Shown here: positions 38,166 through 51,743 of the stretch, in pieces
Position numbering within the stretch: the first letter of the stretch is position 1
How the letters are laid out: every line of letters starts with the position of its first letter
From: Hemiscyllium ocellatum
Taxonomy: Eukaryota
DNA: 64,000 nucleotides
Reading direction: 5' to 3'
Assembly (NCBI RefSeq): GCF_020745735.1
Contig: NW_026867490.1
Span: 434,001 to 498,000 of the forward strand
Made by a program: the position numbers and the translations under genes
Notes under the pieces: generated by a model
The model's input: the letters and a program-made list of their open reading frames with translations, nothing else
What the model was told of the DNA's origin: nothing
Database searches by the model: none

Positions 38166-38416
38166 GCATTTGGAGAAAACAGAATGATTTATTTAAAAGG
38201 AAGCCAGATAAACGGTTGCAGGTGAATCGGATGGAGTGTTTTCTGCAAGCACGGGAGGAAGAAATAGGCAAGACGCCAGTGTTTACACATTGGCATGAGC
38301 CTGACTGTAAAAAATGAACGTCTTTTCTGCTCTCGGTAAGAAAGTGTTGCGAATTTAGTTGAGTTCACTCATACATTTTATCACTGATTTCCGCTTTCCA
38401 TTACATTGTGTTTCAG

Positions 38417-38729
38417 AGCTGAACGATGCAGATTCTGTCACTCAGCGGAAGACCTCTCTTTAAACTGCACCTACAGCTGAAATGATCATTACTTATTCTG
38501 GTACTGTTTGTAGCCGGGCAGACAGTCTGAGTTCGCAATCCAGAGGTACAAGAGTAGTATTTCTGAAAACTAGGCGGATTTCGCTCAGAACCACTTTCCT
38601 GATACTGTCCAGCAGGCAGAGAAGTTTTACTGATTGACCATCTCAGAGTTGGTGCTATCAGAATCCGCAGTCTATTAATGTGCAACGACTCAGAGTAATG
38701 GGAAAGAATGAAAGCCTTGTACAATATCT
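38417..38729 (+). pseudogene. V-d pseudogene with 23-RSS, copy 2
   Basis: LTISELVLSESAVY*CAT; RSS CAGAGTA-23-ACAATATCT (38691-38729). Confidence 0.92.
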
Positions 38730-39229
38730 GCTGCAGTATCTGTTTATCAGCTGCTGCCTGTTGAGCGCTGTTTATAACGGGTTACACACTGACACTTATT
38801 TACATTCCCGTGAAGAAATGCTTGAAGACTATCTGTCAGAAGAAAATCTAAAGTCATTCACATGGATTGGTGCTATTAATTATTGAACTGATTATGAGAC
38901 GTATCTCATTGGCACCCTTGTATTTGGTGATGTGTGGAAAACCCGGCTCACTTTCATTGAAAATACAGATTGTGAAACTGGCTTGTTGTTAACTGCATCC
39001 ACTGATCTCCTGATGGAAAAAGCCTGGAATCTCATCATTTTCGATAAGACATACTGAATGAACAGCAGTCGGTCATTGATGAAAATCTGAATCATCACAC
39101 TAACATGATTGATCATATCTCAATATTGAAGTACACATATTAAAGATTGAAAACCCACAATAATGCAAAATATAGAGGGAATATTTTCGGGACATGATGA
39201 GAAGTTAACTAGCTATGACATTATCAGAA

Positions 39230-39620
39230 AACGACTTACAAACATCTTAACAGGACCAAAGAATATGAGGTACAATGACAAGCTGAGACACTTTTCCCCT
39301 GAGAGAAAGAGAGAGTAGGATGTGGAAAGACGAACAAAAAGAGGTCATAACATTATCAGGGGTGTGTACAAGGTGAATATTAAAGTTCTCTTCGCCTGGG
39401 TACGCGAGTTCAAACCTGGAGTACAAATGTGTAAGCTGAGTGTGGAGAGATTTCAGGGAACTTTGGGGGTAATTTTGTCACGTAGGGGTTGATGTGTACG
39501 TGCAATTAATAGCCCAAGAAAGCGGTAGATGTAGGAGCAATTATAACATTTCAGAAACATTTATGAAGGCTCGAGATTGACAGAATGAATTGTATCTTTG
39601 CTGCATTGCTCCATGACTCT
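39230..39620 (+). mobile_element. Old CR1 3' remnant, copy 2
   Basis: Paralog of 16705-17100. Confidence 0.65.
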
Positions 39621-39964
39621 AATCTGTGAAAACAGGCGCTCTTTGTTCTTGCAACATTTGGTATCAAAACATCTGATTGGAAAAAAAGTGTTCATGGTAC
39701 CGAATTTTAATCGAGATTTTAGGAACTTGAACTCATTTGTTCAGGCATTTTATGAGTAAAATGTATCTGTTTTATTATTTTCTTACCCATCTTACAGTGT
39801 GATCCTACTGCTTTGAAATATACATTGCTGATAGGAATACATGGCCAGGTCGGATATTTTGGGAAGATTTCTTGTGTGAATCTATGTATCAATAGAGAAG
39901 AAATTCTCTAATCTCTTGCATTGCGTATTGTTCGAATGTATTCGATATAAGACACAGAGTAAAC

Positions 39965-41473
39965 CCAGCCCATCGAGCGTATTCTGACATTGAATGTTGG
40001 CTGTTAAAGTTTCTCAAAATCATTCTCCCATTTTCTCGCCATAAGCCGTTGGTCTGTTTGATGCCCAACAACCTCTCTATCTCCGTCTGAAATATGGTCA
40101 ATGATTTATCCTCTACAACCTTCTGTGGCAAAGAATTCCATAAAGTCACCACTGTCTGGCTGAAGAAGTTTCTCCTTATTTCCGTTCGAAAAAGTGTTCC
40201 CTTCCCTCTAAGGCAACGTCGTCGAGTTCTAGTCTCTTGTTCAAATGGAATCATCTTCTTAACATTAGTGTTCTGTAATTTTCAACTCGATGCCCTCCCG
40301 TCTTTTTGAAGTCTATCGACTATAAACCCAGAGTGCTCAAATATTCCTCATATGTTAAGCATTTCATTCCTGGGACCATTCCTCTGAATCTCCTCTGAAC
40401 ATGCTCCAGGGACATTACATCCTTCTTGAGATATGGGGCACAAAACTACGCACAATACTTCAGTGGTGGTCTGACCAGTGCCTTATAGAGCTTCAGAAGC
40501 ACATCATTGCAATTACCTTCAAATCCTCTTGAAGTCAACGTCATCATTTCATTAACCTTTCTTACTACTGACTAAACGTGAAATGGTACATCGAAAGAAT
40601 CCTGGACTAGAACTCCCAAGAACCTTTGCACCTCAGACTTTGAATTATATTTCCATTTAGGAAATAACCGTTGCCTATATAATCTGTGTAACAAGAAGAT
40701 GCGGTACTGGGCTAATGATCGGACACTTGGTAGTGTGGATGAGCAGAGGGATCTTGGTGTCCATGTACACAGAACTCTGAAAGTTGCCACCCAGGTAAAT
40801 AGTGCTGTGAAGAAGGCATATGGCGTACTGGCTTTTATTGGTAGAGGAATTGAGTTTCCGGCTTTCTGAGGACATGTTGCGGTTGTGTAAGAGTCTGGTG
40901 CGCCCGCCTCTGGAGTATTGTGTGCAGTTTTGGTCGCCATACTATGGGAAGGACGTGGAGGCACTGGAACATGTGCAGAGGAGGTTTACCAGGATGTTGC
41001 CTGGTATGGTAAGAAGATCGTATGCGGAAAGGCTGAGGCACTTGGGTCTGTTTTCATTGGAGAAAAGAAGGTTTTGTGGGGACTTGATAGAGGTGTACAA
41101 GATGATTAGGGGTTTAGATAGGGTTGACCATGAGAACCTTATTCCACGTATGGAGTCAGCTATTACGAGGGGCCAAAGCTTTAATTTAAGGGGTGGTAGC
41201 CACTGGACAGAAGATAGGGGTAGGTTTGGTTACTCAGCGAGTCGTGAGTTAATGGAATGCCCTGTCAGTAGCAGTGGTGGACTCTCCCTCTTTATGGGCA
41301 TTTAAAAGGGCATTGGATAGACATATGGAGGATAGTGGTCTAGTGTAGATTAGGTGGGCTTGGGTCGGCGCAACATCGAGGGCTGAAGGGACTGTACTGC
41401 GCTGTATTTTTCTATGTTTTATGTTCTATGTTGTATATTCTTCCCACCCAAATGCATGATCTCACACTTTCCC
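39965..41473 (-). mobile_element. CR1 3' fragment with nested CR1, copy 2
   Basis: ORF 39889-40254 RNFFSQTVVTLWNSLPQ; resumes after 41436. Confidence 0.85.
40681..41436 (+). mobile_element. Nested younger CR1, copy 2
   Basis: ORF 40820-41305 PLEYCVQFWSP; TTCTATG-type tail. Confidence 0.92.
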
Positions 41474-41486
41474 ACTTCGTCCTCCA

Positions 41487-41685
41487 TCTTGTCCGAATTG
41501 CCAAAGTTACCAACTTCTCAAGTTCAGATTTCAGTGAGTCAACATTTGTCCTTGAGGAGAATGGATTTATGCTTTTATTTTCCTGTTCCTGCATCAACCC
41601 GTTTATTTATGCTGGAACCCAAAATAAATTCAGAATTGCGTTAAAGAATGAGATTAAATATCCAGTGTGTCGATTTCTTAAATAA
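41487..41685 (+). pseudogene. GPR139-like 3' fragment, copy 2
   Basis: VRIAKVTNF...INPFIYAGTQNKF...RFLK*. Confidence 0.9.
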
Positions 41686-42173
41686 TTCAAAACATGAAAA
41701 TGGAAATATTCTATGTTAGCCATCTGCAATGTTCCAAAAGTATAACGTAATAATACTAAGGCAAGAAATGTGCCATTTAAACAGACATAATGTGTAGTAA
41801 TAATGAGTAGTATCAGGAATTCTTGCACGTTTTATGCATTTGATGTTCTTTAATGTGACCAGATAAACCAATCTTTGTTGTTTTCCATAATTACATACAT
41901 AATGTAAACGTAAAAAGATGATTTTTCTGAAATAAATCTAAACACTATATCCTGTATAATTGACTGAGGCTATGTTTCGTTAAAGTATCGGATTTTAATG
42001 ATCTATTGACCAAATAACTGAGCTATTTTCCATTGTGCCAAGCTATTGTTTTATGAACAGGAATGCAAGGGATTTCAGTGATCGGACAAAAATACTCTAA
42101 AATAAATTAAGCATAAATATACAATTGTGATCGACCTTAACCAAATGTTGTACCAAGGAATGTGAGACAATAA

Positions 42174-42720
42174 TGTTTCTATGCTCAGTAGAAATAGCTT
42201 TCTGTCACTGAGTCTGAGAGATCAGTCCGGAGATCGAGTCAGCTCCATTTCTGAAATAGAAGAAGCGTTGAATTTATTCAATTTTTGGAGCTTTAGAAAG
42301 GTATCAACAAAATTTGCTGTGAATTCAGAACCTCTAATGTGTTTCCACACAATGAGTTCAGGTTGTGAGTCGAAGTATTGCCGGTAGTAGAATAAATAAT
42401 ATTCATTGCTGGTGGGATAATACGAACAAGTTGAAATCCCTGCTACAATGTAAAGTTGTTGTTCATTTATCCCATGAGTTCAGCACAGTTTACGGGCAGA
42501 TTTAAAGTTTTAAATTAACTTAAAACAAGAACTGTGGTCGCAATTCATTCTAGTGCACAAATCCTTCGCAGTATTGTTAGATTTCTGTCAATCGCAATGG
42601 TCTTGCAGCGCCCAATACTTTCATCCAGTGCTTCATGTGATGTGAAGTAAATGGAATTGGCTGAGGCCTGGCTTTTGTGATGATCAGTACAACACCAACA
42701 AACAGCACCAATCTGCTCAT
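42174..42720 (-). pseudogene. V-e pseudogene with leader and 23-RSS, copy 2
   Basis: Leader ATG at 42720; RSS CTCAGTG-23-ATAGAAACA (42212-42174). Confidence 0.85.
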
Positions 42721-45291
42721 CTGTTCTTACTCCTATTATGTGGGATAATAACACCGCACATACTGTGGAGTTCGGTATTAGTTGGTTTTATGGTGTATGT
42801 TGGTATTGTTGTGGTGACTACAGATATGTCTGTTCTGTCATTCAATAAAAGGATGTCTGATCTGCATCAAGTAGAATCGCCAAACCACATCGTGCATCCT
42901 GCGAAATCACATATGCAGACGTTCTGGTGAATTCACCAAGACTGAACTCAAGGATTCTGACTAAGAAACATTTGATGCTTGAGTATTCATTGTACACTTG
43001 AGAAATGCCTCAGCCAACGGATAACCTCATGCGTTGAGTTCAATACATGCAGTAATGTATCTTTTGCGAGAACAGGAAACCTCAGTAGGTGTATCAAATT
43101 GTCGTTTCTCGTTATGATTTAGATTTAAATTTTTAGTTGAATGTTTTATCGTTATATTGACATGACCACGATTTTTCTGACAGCAGTTGAACATAAACGG
43201 GATTGACAAGTTCTCTGATTTCAGCGATTTTTTTCCGTTTGGTTTAATTTAAGCTGGGAACATAGAGAAGCAGTTATAGTGGAAAGAGGGTCCATGCTTC
43301 ATTCAATGATCTCTGGCTGATCCTCTCTGCAAGCTCTGACTTGGACGAACCTGTGCTTGAATTTACCTTTTTTTTACCAAGTGGTGTGTTTGTGGAATTC
43401 CAGAAATTGGGACAAGGTCATTAACTTCCCACAGAGTCGGTTGGTTTCTAAGATAATTTAAGTCATTGTATATTCCATTCTATTTTGTTTTGGTTTCAAA
43501 TTGTCGTCTGTCCATAAATTCTGTTTTGTTTAAAACTGATTGGTTTGACCAGATTTGTCGGTCATGGAATGTCCACGTTTATTTGTTTAAAAATTGATAA
43601 AACTTAGGATCTGGTCTGCCTTGTTGAAATGTTTCAAGGGGTCTTGCTTTGTCCAGAACACATTTTCGCGCAAAAACAGCAAAAAGAAAAGGGAACGACC
43701 AGGTCACCTCGCCCCTTCCTCCATGAGACCCCACAGCCTGGAATTCAAAAACACAGATTCATCCATTCATCTGCGAACACACACGAGTGAATCATCCCGG
43801 CACGATGCAGCGAGAATTTCACCATCACCACCGTCATGTACCCAGGCCCAGGCTTGACTTAGAGCCATGCCACTTCCGCTGCTCTTTCACAGTCTGTTGT
43901 GTCTCAGCAAGACATATTTTTGTCCATTCATGACACAAAAGTGCACTGCATTCTACTGCTGATTATGTTGGATCGATTTCTGAGTTAAAGTGTTTGATAG
44001 GAGCAGCACAAAACTTTGATAAAGTGAGTGTGCTTCAAGTTTTTCTTGGTTTTGAACCTAGGTGATATTTTCTTCAGATACTGCAGGATACGCTCCCAAT
44101 TTTCTTTATTGGTATCGTGCTTTAGTACTTACAAGTCATGTACATACTCAATTATTGTGATTTTAGAGGAACTGTATATGAAACATATGCGGCAGTATTC
44201 CACGTAATGACTTGAAGTCGTTGTTAACAACCCTCATCTTGTGTTCAAAGATGATGCTTTAGCAAAATCCAGTGATGACCTGGCTTCTTAGCGAGGTTGT
44301 TATTCTTAGAAGCTAGTTTCACTTCCATCTGAATGTTCCAAATTAAAATTGCAAAAAAACATGATAATTATCTGCACCGCAGCTTTAATGCACATTCTAA
44401 TGTATATCACCGAATTAATGGCTGCGTGTTAATACAGTACACTTTTTTGTTCGCTCCTGTAAAGTGTTAAACTGGCGTGCAATTCCCTCGTGGGTCGTTT
44501 TTATCCAAATGATGGTCCATCATAAAAAAAAAGCCAGTTTGGATTAGAGCCAACTGGAGGTAACTTGCATCAGATCACATGTGCACTTGATCTGATTTTT
44601 GGCAGACAAACTACACTGACCTGATATTGCACATAAGTATTGTGTCAGTGTTTCTGCAACTTATCAAGGCGCTGAACCAGATTTACGCACAAGTATGATT
44701 GTTCTGAATCAGATACATTTGCACTGAGTGTAACAGTCTAAATCTGAGGGTTTGGTTATAATAGCACAGACGTGGTGATGTATCAGTGAAGACTTGATTT
44801 CATGCATCTCATTGTAATTACTTTGAAGGATTTATCTATAATTTTGTTGCAACCAATTGCGTTATAGGTTTTCAAAATCATTTTGACCTTGGCGAATTAT
44901 CAAACAGAAAAAAATAATTATCCTAACTGAGAAAATGGTTATGTCCTTCAAGAAAATTTATTTTTGTCAGACTGTTCAGTAATGCAGATGTCCACTTTTA
45001 AACAAAAAACAAGTAACTGTCTTTATTTTATGTAATGGAATGCAACTTGGACACTTCTACAAATTCCGAACACTTCCTATAGGAGTAGTGAATTAGACCA
45101 TGGAAAACAATCGATTCTATTTTAACAGAAGCTTCAGTCAAACAGCAGCTGCACTGACCTGTTTTGTTTTAGTAATTGGTAATTAACATAAATGATGTAA
45201 TATCTGAATTTCTCCCTGCGGACTTACCACCCTCTACAACAATGATCGTTTTTGCGGTGAAGTGCATATTGCACTCGAGTTTTCATTAGAA

Positions 45292-45361
45292 ATGCACGGA
45301 ATACCAGAAGGTCTGGTGTTTGCCATCTACTACCCCATCATTGCAATAATTGGAGTGCCAG
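45292..45361 (+). CDS. GPR139-like GPCR copy 3, coding exon 1
   Basis: Same protein as copy 2 exon 1; donor GTGATG at 45362. Confidence 0.85.
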
Positions 45362-46775
45362 GTGATGTATTGAACTTCAGCTGTAACTTCGTGTTTCATA
45401 ATTCAACTGCATCAGTTCTTCATTTTGCCGCTAACAAATCCCCATGATAGATATTTTTCCTGCTTTTAACTAGTATCGTCTATCACTTCAATGTTACAAA
45501 TTATTCTGTTTATTTGATAAAATGTCTGTATTTTAATACAGTCATTCTCTCCATTAACCGTTTTACCTGATCACTTAACCTTATAATTTGTGTCATTGGC
45601 TGAGGTGATTTCGCTCCATCTGAATATTGTATTTTCTCTCATTCAACGTTGTATTCTAGGACATAATCCACGTTGTTTCTTTGAAACACCTGCTTAATTT
45701 ATCTCTTCAATGTTTGTGTGCCTTTATGCTCCAAGTTCCACTTCATCACTTGAATACTTTCCCGATTTATCATTATCAACGCAAGATGATTGTTATATTT
45801 ATTTCATTCACTGTCTCTGGGAGGGATGAATAGCATCATTATCTCGGTTGAATGTAGTAATGCTGCATTATTAATAACGCTTTATAATTCCAATTGCCAC
45901 AAAATTACTGCAATGTAAACGTGTTTGATTTTAGATTAAAATATGGTTGTTAATGGTGCAGAAATTTCAGATATTCTGTCGCATTTTTAGCAGAGGTAAT
46001 GGTTCAATTGGTTCTAAATATCCAGGAGTAATTTTTTTTCCCAAGGTTTCAGCATCGTCATAAATTGCGAAATTAAGGCCCTTATTCAGGAAGTGGACGT
46101 TTGGGTATTGGATGTTTCAGAAAACAGGAAACTTCCCCGCTAGTTCGTTTCACATCTCTCAAAACCTTTACGTTCAAATTCATTGTAAAATTCATTACTA
46201 CAGGACCATTGAGATAAAAGTAACTAGGCATTATAAATGTACTTTGTCAAAACAAATCCACATTAAACTTTATTGAACTTTTTCAAAAATTCGTAACATA
46301 ACGTGTGGAACATTTGAAAAATGCAGATTTCCAAAATGTATTTGACGAGGTATCATATCAATCGTTAATGTGAAGAATAATTGACACGGTGTAAGAATTG
46401 TTGCGTTTGCGTCGAGAGATAAACTTGCTAACAGAAAACCAAGAGGTGGCCAAATGGTATTTTATTGGTACAATGCAAAATTTGGCATAGCCCAAATGTT
46501 AGTGCTGATTGTCTGAACTTTTAGAATGTTTATGAATGCCATAGATAACGGTAAGAATGTATTATTATCAAAATGATGTGCCTCCGAAATAGATTTTAAC
46601 ATATGTTTCAAGAGTACGTAAGCTGGGTCTAAAAAAAAGTTAAGTAAGCAGAGAAAACTGATAAAGGATAATGTGAGATAAATGTGTAATTGCGCACGGT
46701 GGACGAAACAGTAAAAACCAAGCAAAATGTCCTAATGATCACCATTTGCAGAAGTTATTTTACTTGTCGAGTCAA

Positions 46776-49250
46776 AGAGTCATAAACATGCAGCACGGAA
46801 ACAGACCCTTGAGTCCAACTCCTCCATGTCCAACATATTTCCGAACCGAATCTAGTCCCATTTGCCAGCACCTGCCTATATCGCTCTAAACCTTTCCTAT
46901 TCATATACCCATCTAGATGACTTTTAAACATAGCAATTGTACAGGCCTTTACCAATTCCTCTGGCAGCTCAATCCATACCTATATCACACTCTGTGTGAA
47001 AATGTTGCCCCTTTGATCTATTCTTTACCTTTCCCCTCTCACCCTAAACCTATGCCGTCTTGTTCGGACTCCCCAAACACAGTCTTTGTCAATTTATCCA
47101 TTCCATGCCCCTCCCGATTTCACAAACCTGTATAAGGTTGTCCCTCAGCCTCCGATGATGCAGGGGGAATAGTCCTAGCCTATTCAACTTCTTCCTATGG
47201 TTCAAATCCTCCAACCCTGGCAACATCCTTGGAAATCTTTCTGAACACTTTCAAGTTTTACTTCATCTTTCCGATAAGAAGAACAGAATTGCACGCAATA
47301 TCCCATCAGTAGCCTAACCAATGTGGCGTATCGCCACAACAAGACTTCCCAACTCTTACCTCCTGACCTATAAAAGAAGGCATACTCAACGCCTTCTTCA
47401 TTATCCTAACTACCTGGGACTCACTTTCAAGGAGCTATGAACTTGCACACCAAGGTACTTTTTGCAGCAAACTTCCTAGAACCTTACTTTTAAATGTTTA
47501 AGTCCTGATAAGATTTGCTTTCCCAAAAAGCAGCACTTCACGTTTACTTAAATAAAACTCCATTTTCCATTTCTCAGCCAATTGGCCCATCTGAACAATA
47601 TACCGTTGTAATCTGAAGTAACTGTTTTTGTTGTCCACTGCACCTTCAATTTTGGGGTGATCTGGAATCTTCTTAACTATGCCTGTCATTTTCACACTCA
47701 AATCATTTCTATAAATAATGAAAGGTAGTGGACCCATTGCCGATCCTTGTGGCACTCCACTGGTCATAGGCCTACAGTGTGAAAAACAGCCCACCACCAT
47801 CACCATCTGTCATCTATCTTTGAGCCAGTACTACATCGAAATCGGTAGTTCTACGTTGTATTCGATGAGATCTAATCTTGCTAACTAATCTCCCATGGGC
47901 AACCTTGACGAACACTTTACCGAAGTCCACATAGGTCACAACTACCGCTCTGTCCTCATCAACACTCTTCGGTCTTTCTTCAAAGAAAGCTCAATCAAGT
48001 TTATGAGACATGAATTTCCACGCACAACGCAATGTTAACTATCGCAGATCAGTCCTTGCCTTTACAAATATATTTATATTATGGGCATCAGGATTCCCTC
48101 CAGTAACTTGCCCCGCACTGTTGTCAAGCTCACTGGTCCATTGGTCCTTGGTTTGTCCTTACCACCTTTATTAAACAGTGGTACCACGTTAGCCAACCTC
48201 TTCTGGCACCTCATCTGTCACTATTGATGATACAATTATCTCAGTAAGAGGTTCATCAATCACTTCTCTAACTTCCCACCGAGTTCTAGGGTACACCTGA
48301 TAAGGTCCTGGAGATTTATCCAATTTTATGCGTTTAAGACAGCCAGCATTTCCATCTTTGTAAGGTGAACATTTTTCAAGACGTCACCATCAATTTCACT
48401 ACATTCTTTCTATTCCATGTCTTTTCCCACAGTAAATACCGATGCAAAATTCTCGTTTAGTGTCTCCCCCATCTCCTGCGGCTCCACGCTATTGCCACCT
48501 TCCTGATGTTTGAGGAACACTATTCTCTCCCTCGTTATACTTTTATCCTTAATGTATCTGTAAAAACCTTTTGGATTCTCCTTAACTGTATTTGCAAAAG
48601 GTATCTCATGTCCCCTTTTTGCTCTCCTGATGTCTGTCTTAAGTATTCTCCTACTGCCTTTATCCTCTAAGAATTTGCTCGATCTGTCGTGCCTGCACAT
48701 GACATACGCTTCCTTCATTTTCTTAACCAACCCTTTACTTCTTTAGTCACCCAGCATTCCCTATACCTCAAAGCCCTTTTTTTCACCTTAAGTGGAATAT
48801 ACCTTTTCTGGACTCTCGTTATCTCATTTCTGAAGGCTTTTCATTTTTCAGCCGTCCCTTTATCAGTGAACATATGCCCCGAGTTAGCTTTTGAATATTC
48901 TTGCCTCATACCGTCAAAATTGGCCTTTCCACAATGTCGCAATTCAACTTTTAGATCCGGTCTGTCTTTTTACATCATTAATATAAAATTAATAGAATTA
49001 TAGTCGCTCGCCACTGACGCCTCAGTCACCTGCCCTGTCTTATTTTCCAAGAGTAGGTCAAGCTTTGCACCTTCTCTAGTAGGTATATTCATGTACTGAA
49101 TCAGAAAATTTTCTTGAACACAATTTACATATTCGTCTCAGTCTAAACCCTTAACACTATGGCAGTTCCACTCTATGTTAAGAAATTTAAAAAAAAAACG
49201 CCTACCATAGCCAGCCTATTATTCTTACAAATTGATCACTGAATGCAAAT
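46776..49250 (-). mobile_element. CR1 LINE remnant in intron, copy 3
   Basis: TSGVPQGSAMGPLPF (ORF 47498-47806). Confidence 0.92.
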
Positions 49251-50056
49251 GTGCAGACGCATCAAGTTACTGGGATCATAGATTCAAATCACTGTTAATT
49301 TCAAGACAAATTGATATCTAGTAAAATGTAGGTATTCTTGAGTTTCAGGGACATAATGAAACCACAGCTGACGTCCTGCCCACTGCAGTGAGTTTTTCAG
49401 TTGGAAAATATTTGAAAGCATTTCATATAAGGAAACATTTAGCAGATTTATTCCTGGCTTGGCTAGACTGCACACAAAAGTTCCTTGTGATTATCAGCTG
49501 GAGAACTCAGAGTTACATTCCCAAATTCAGAGAAATACAAATTGGCGCCTCACCTATGTCTGTTTCAGCATATGTCTAAACAAAGCAATTGCTGACATGC
49601 ATAAAATGAGCGTTTTCACCGAATCTCATTCGAAGGAACCGTATGTGATCCTGAATGAAGCGTAACCTGCGACCCTGCCAGCTTCCACATAATCGTTTTA
49701 CTATTTCCCCACTGAAGGTTTTCTGCTATATTTTGCTGTTATCGTTCTCTAGTACACCTAAGTGATCAAGTGAAAGTTGACTGAATGATCAACGTGGCCA
49801 GGAAATGTCATTGTAGACATGATTCTCTGTTAATAATCCAACAGAATATTTGCCATCCGATGTCATTAACAAGGACATGTTTCAGCTGGATTTGTATTTT
49901 AATTACAGTGACGTTTTCATTTCCTGAAAGCTCTAAAGGCCATTGAGTTATATGATTCAAGAGCATTCAATAAAGTGGTTAATTTTACTGGAAACTGGAA
50001 TATAAATTATCCATTCGTCCATTTTATGAAACCTAAATAGTCTCTTTCTATTTCAG

Positions 50057-50954
50057 CGAATTTGGCTGTGATTGCGATCTTGCCTCGAAGGCAATGTGGT
50101 TTGTCTGGGTGTATGATACTTTACTTGGTGTCCATGGCGGTGGCTGACCTCCTGGTCCTGGTAACCTGTGTAATATTAAACCGTATATCTGGGATTTACT
50201 TTCCATACAGTTTTCTGTCCATTACTCCAGTTTGCAGACTTCGTGCTGTCTTAAATTCCACCACTGTAGACAGCTCTGCTTGGTTTACTGTCGTTTTCAC
50301 CTTTGATCGATTTGTGGTGATTTCTTGTCAGAAGCTGAAAATAAAATATTGCACCAGAATGGTCGCAGCATGGGTCATAGGGATCGTGTCTACGCTGTGT
50401 TGCGTAAAAATGCATTTTTGTTTTATATATATGAACCTGTGTACACAATTAATAACGTATCCTGGTTCTGCAACATAAAATTGATATTTTATGAGTCACC
50501 TGTTTGGGCCGCATATGATTTACTTCGTAGCATTTTCAACCCTCTTCTTCCATTCGTCCTGATTTTACTGCTCAATGCTTTGACGATTAGATATATTCTT
50601 CTGGCCAATGGAGCCCGAAGGAGACTCAGGGCGGATAGTCGCACAGAGAATCAGAGAGACCCAGAGATGGAGAAGCGGAGAAAGTCCATCACTTTACTCT
50701 TTGCCATTTCAGGCAGTTTCCTTTTGTTGTATTTGTTATCTTTTACAACGATCCTCTATGTCCGAATTGTGAAAGTGACCTATTTTTCAGGTTCACTTTT
50801 TAGCAAATCGACATTTATCCTTGAGGAGAATGCATTTATGCTTTTATTTTTGTGTTCATGCATCAATCCGTTTATTTATGCTGGAACCCAAAATAAATTC
50901 AGAGACGAATTAAAGAATGGGCTAAAATATCTGTTGCGACAATTTCTTAAATGA
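50057..50954 (+). pseudogene. GPR139-like GPCR copy 3, exon 2, frameshifted as assembled
   Basis: A5 instead of A6 at 50406-50410 splits the ORF in TM4 (ORFs 50062-50478 and 50325-50954); otherwise intact. Confidence 0.8.
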
Positions 50955-51447
50955 TTCGAAATTGGAAAATATGTGTATTCACTATAAATCATGTACAATG
51001 TTCCAGAAGTACAACGTAACAACACTGGGATTCTAAAGATGCAATGTAAACAGGCAGAACTTGTGATATCATGGTTCCTGTACGTTTTATTCTCTTGTTT
51101 ATTTTTATTTCACCAGCAAAAAGAACATGAGTCCTTTAATTGCAGGCACATTGAAAACTATGATGGCGACTGGTATGAAATAAATTGAAACAATTTTTCT
51201 TGTAAAATTGACTGAAGCAATGTTTACTTTACTTAAGTGATGTTGATGGTCAATCGTAAAAGCAATTCAGGTCTTGCCAATTGTGAGGGAGGTGGAGGCA
51301 GACGGCAATGCTTTATGAGCAGAAATACGAGAGAATGCACTGATGAATCAGAGAGGACCCGATGTGTGATATGCAGACATGGTCAATTTCAACGAAACTT
51401 ATAGAAGAAATGCAGCACAATAGAATCTGAGACACAAATGGTTTTGG

Positions 51448-51743
51448 CTGAGAGCTCAGTAACTCACTGAAGAGTGAGTCAGCTTCCGACCCGCGATAGT
51501 TTAACTGGTGAAATTATTTACTGTCTGCAGCTCTAAACGTGTACCAACTAAAATCCGCTTTATATTAGAGCCACTCGAATGTCTCCACAGAATAGGTTCA
51601 GGTTTTGAATATAGATGGTGTTGGTATCGCATTAAAAAATATTCAGTCCGGGCGGTGTCGTAGGAACAACTTCAAATAATCGCTTCTCCTTCTGTCGAAA
51701 CATCAGGTGACAGCAGCTGAGTGAGAATCCATCTCACTCAGAT
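51448..51743 (-). pseudogene. V-a pseudogene, copy 3
   Basis: Ends TAC TGA GCT CTC AG, followed directly by CCAAAACC. Confidence 0.8.

Noticed and set aside
43594-43857. ORF with HLRTHTSE resembling a C2H2 zinc-finger linker
   Set aside because: No CxxC partner, no repeats and no exon context.
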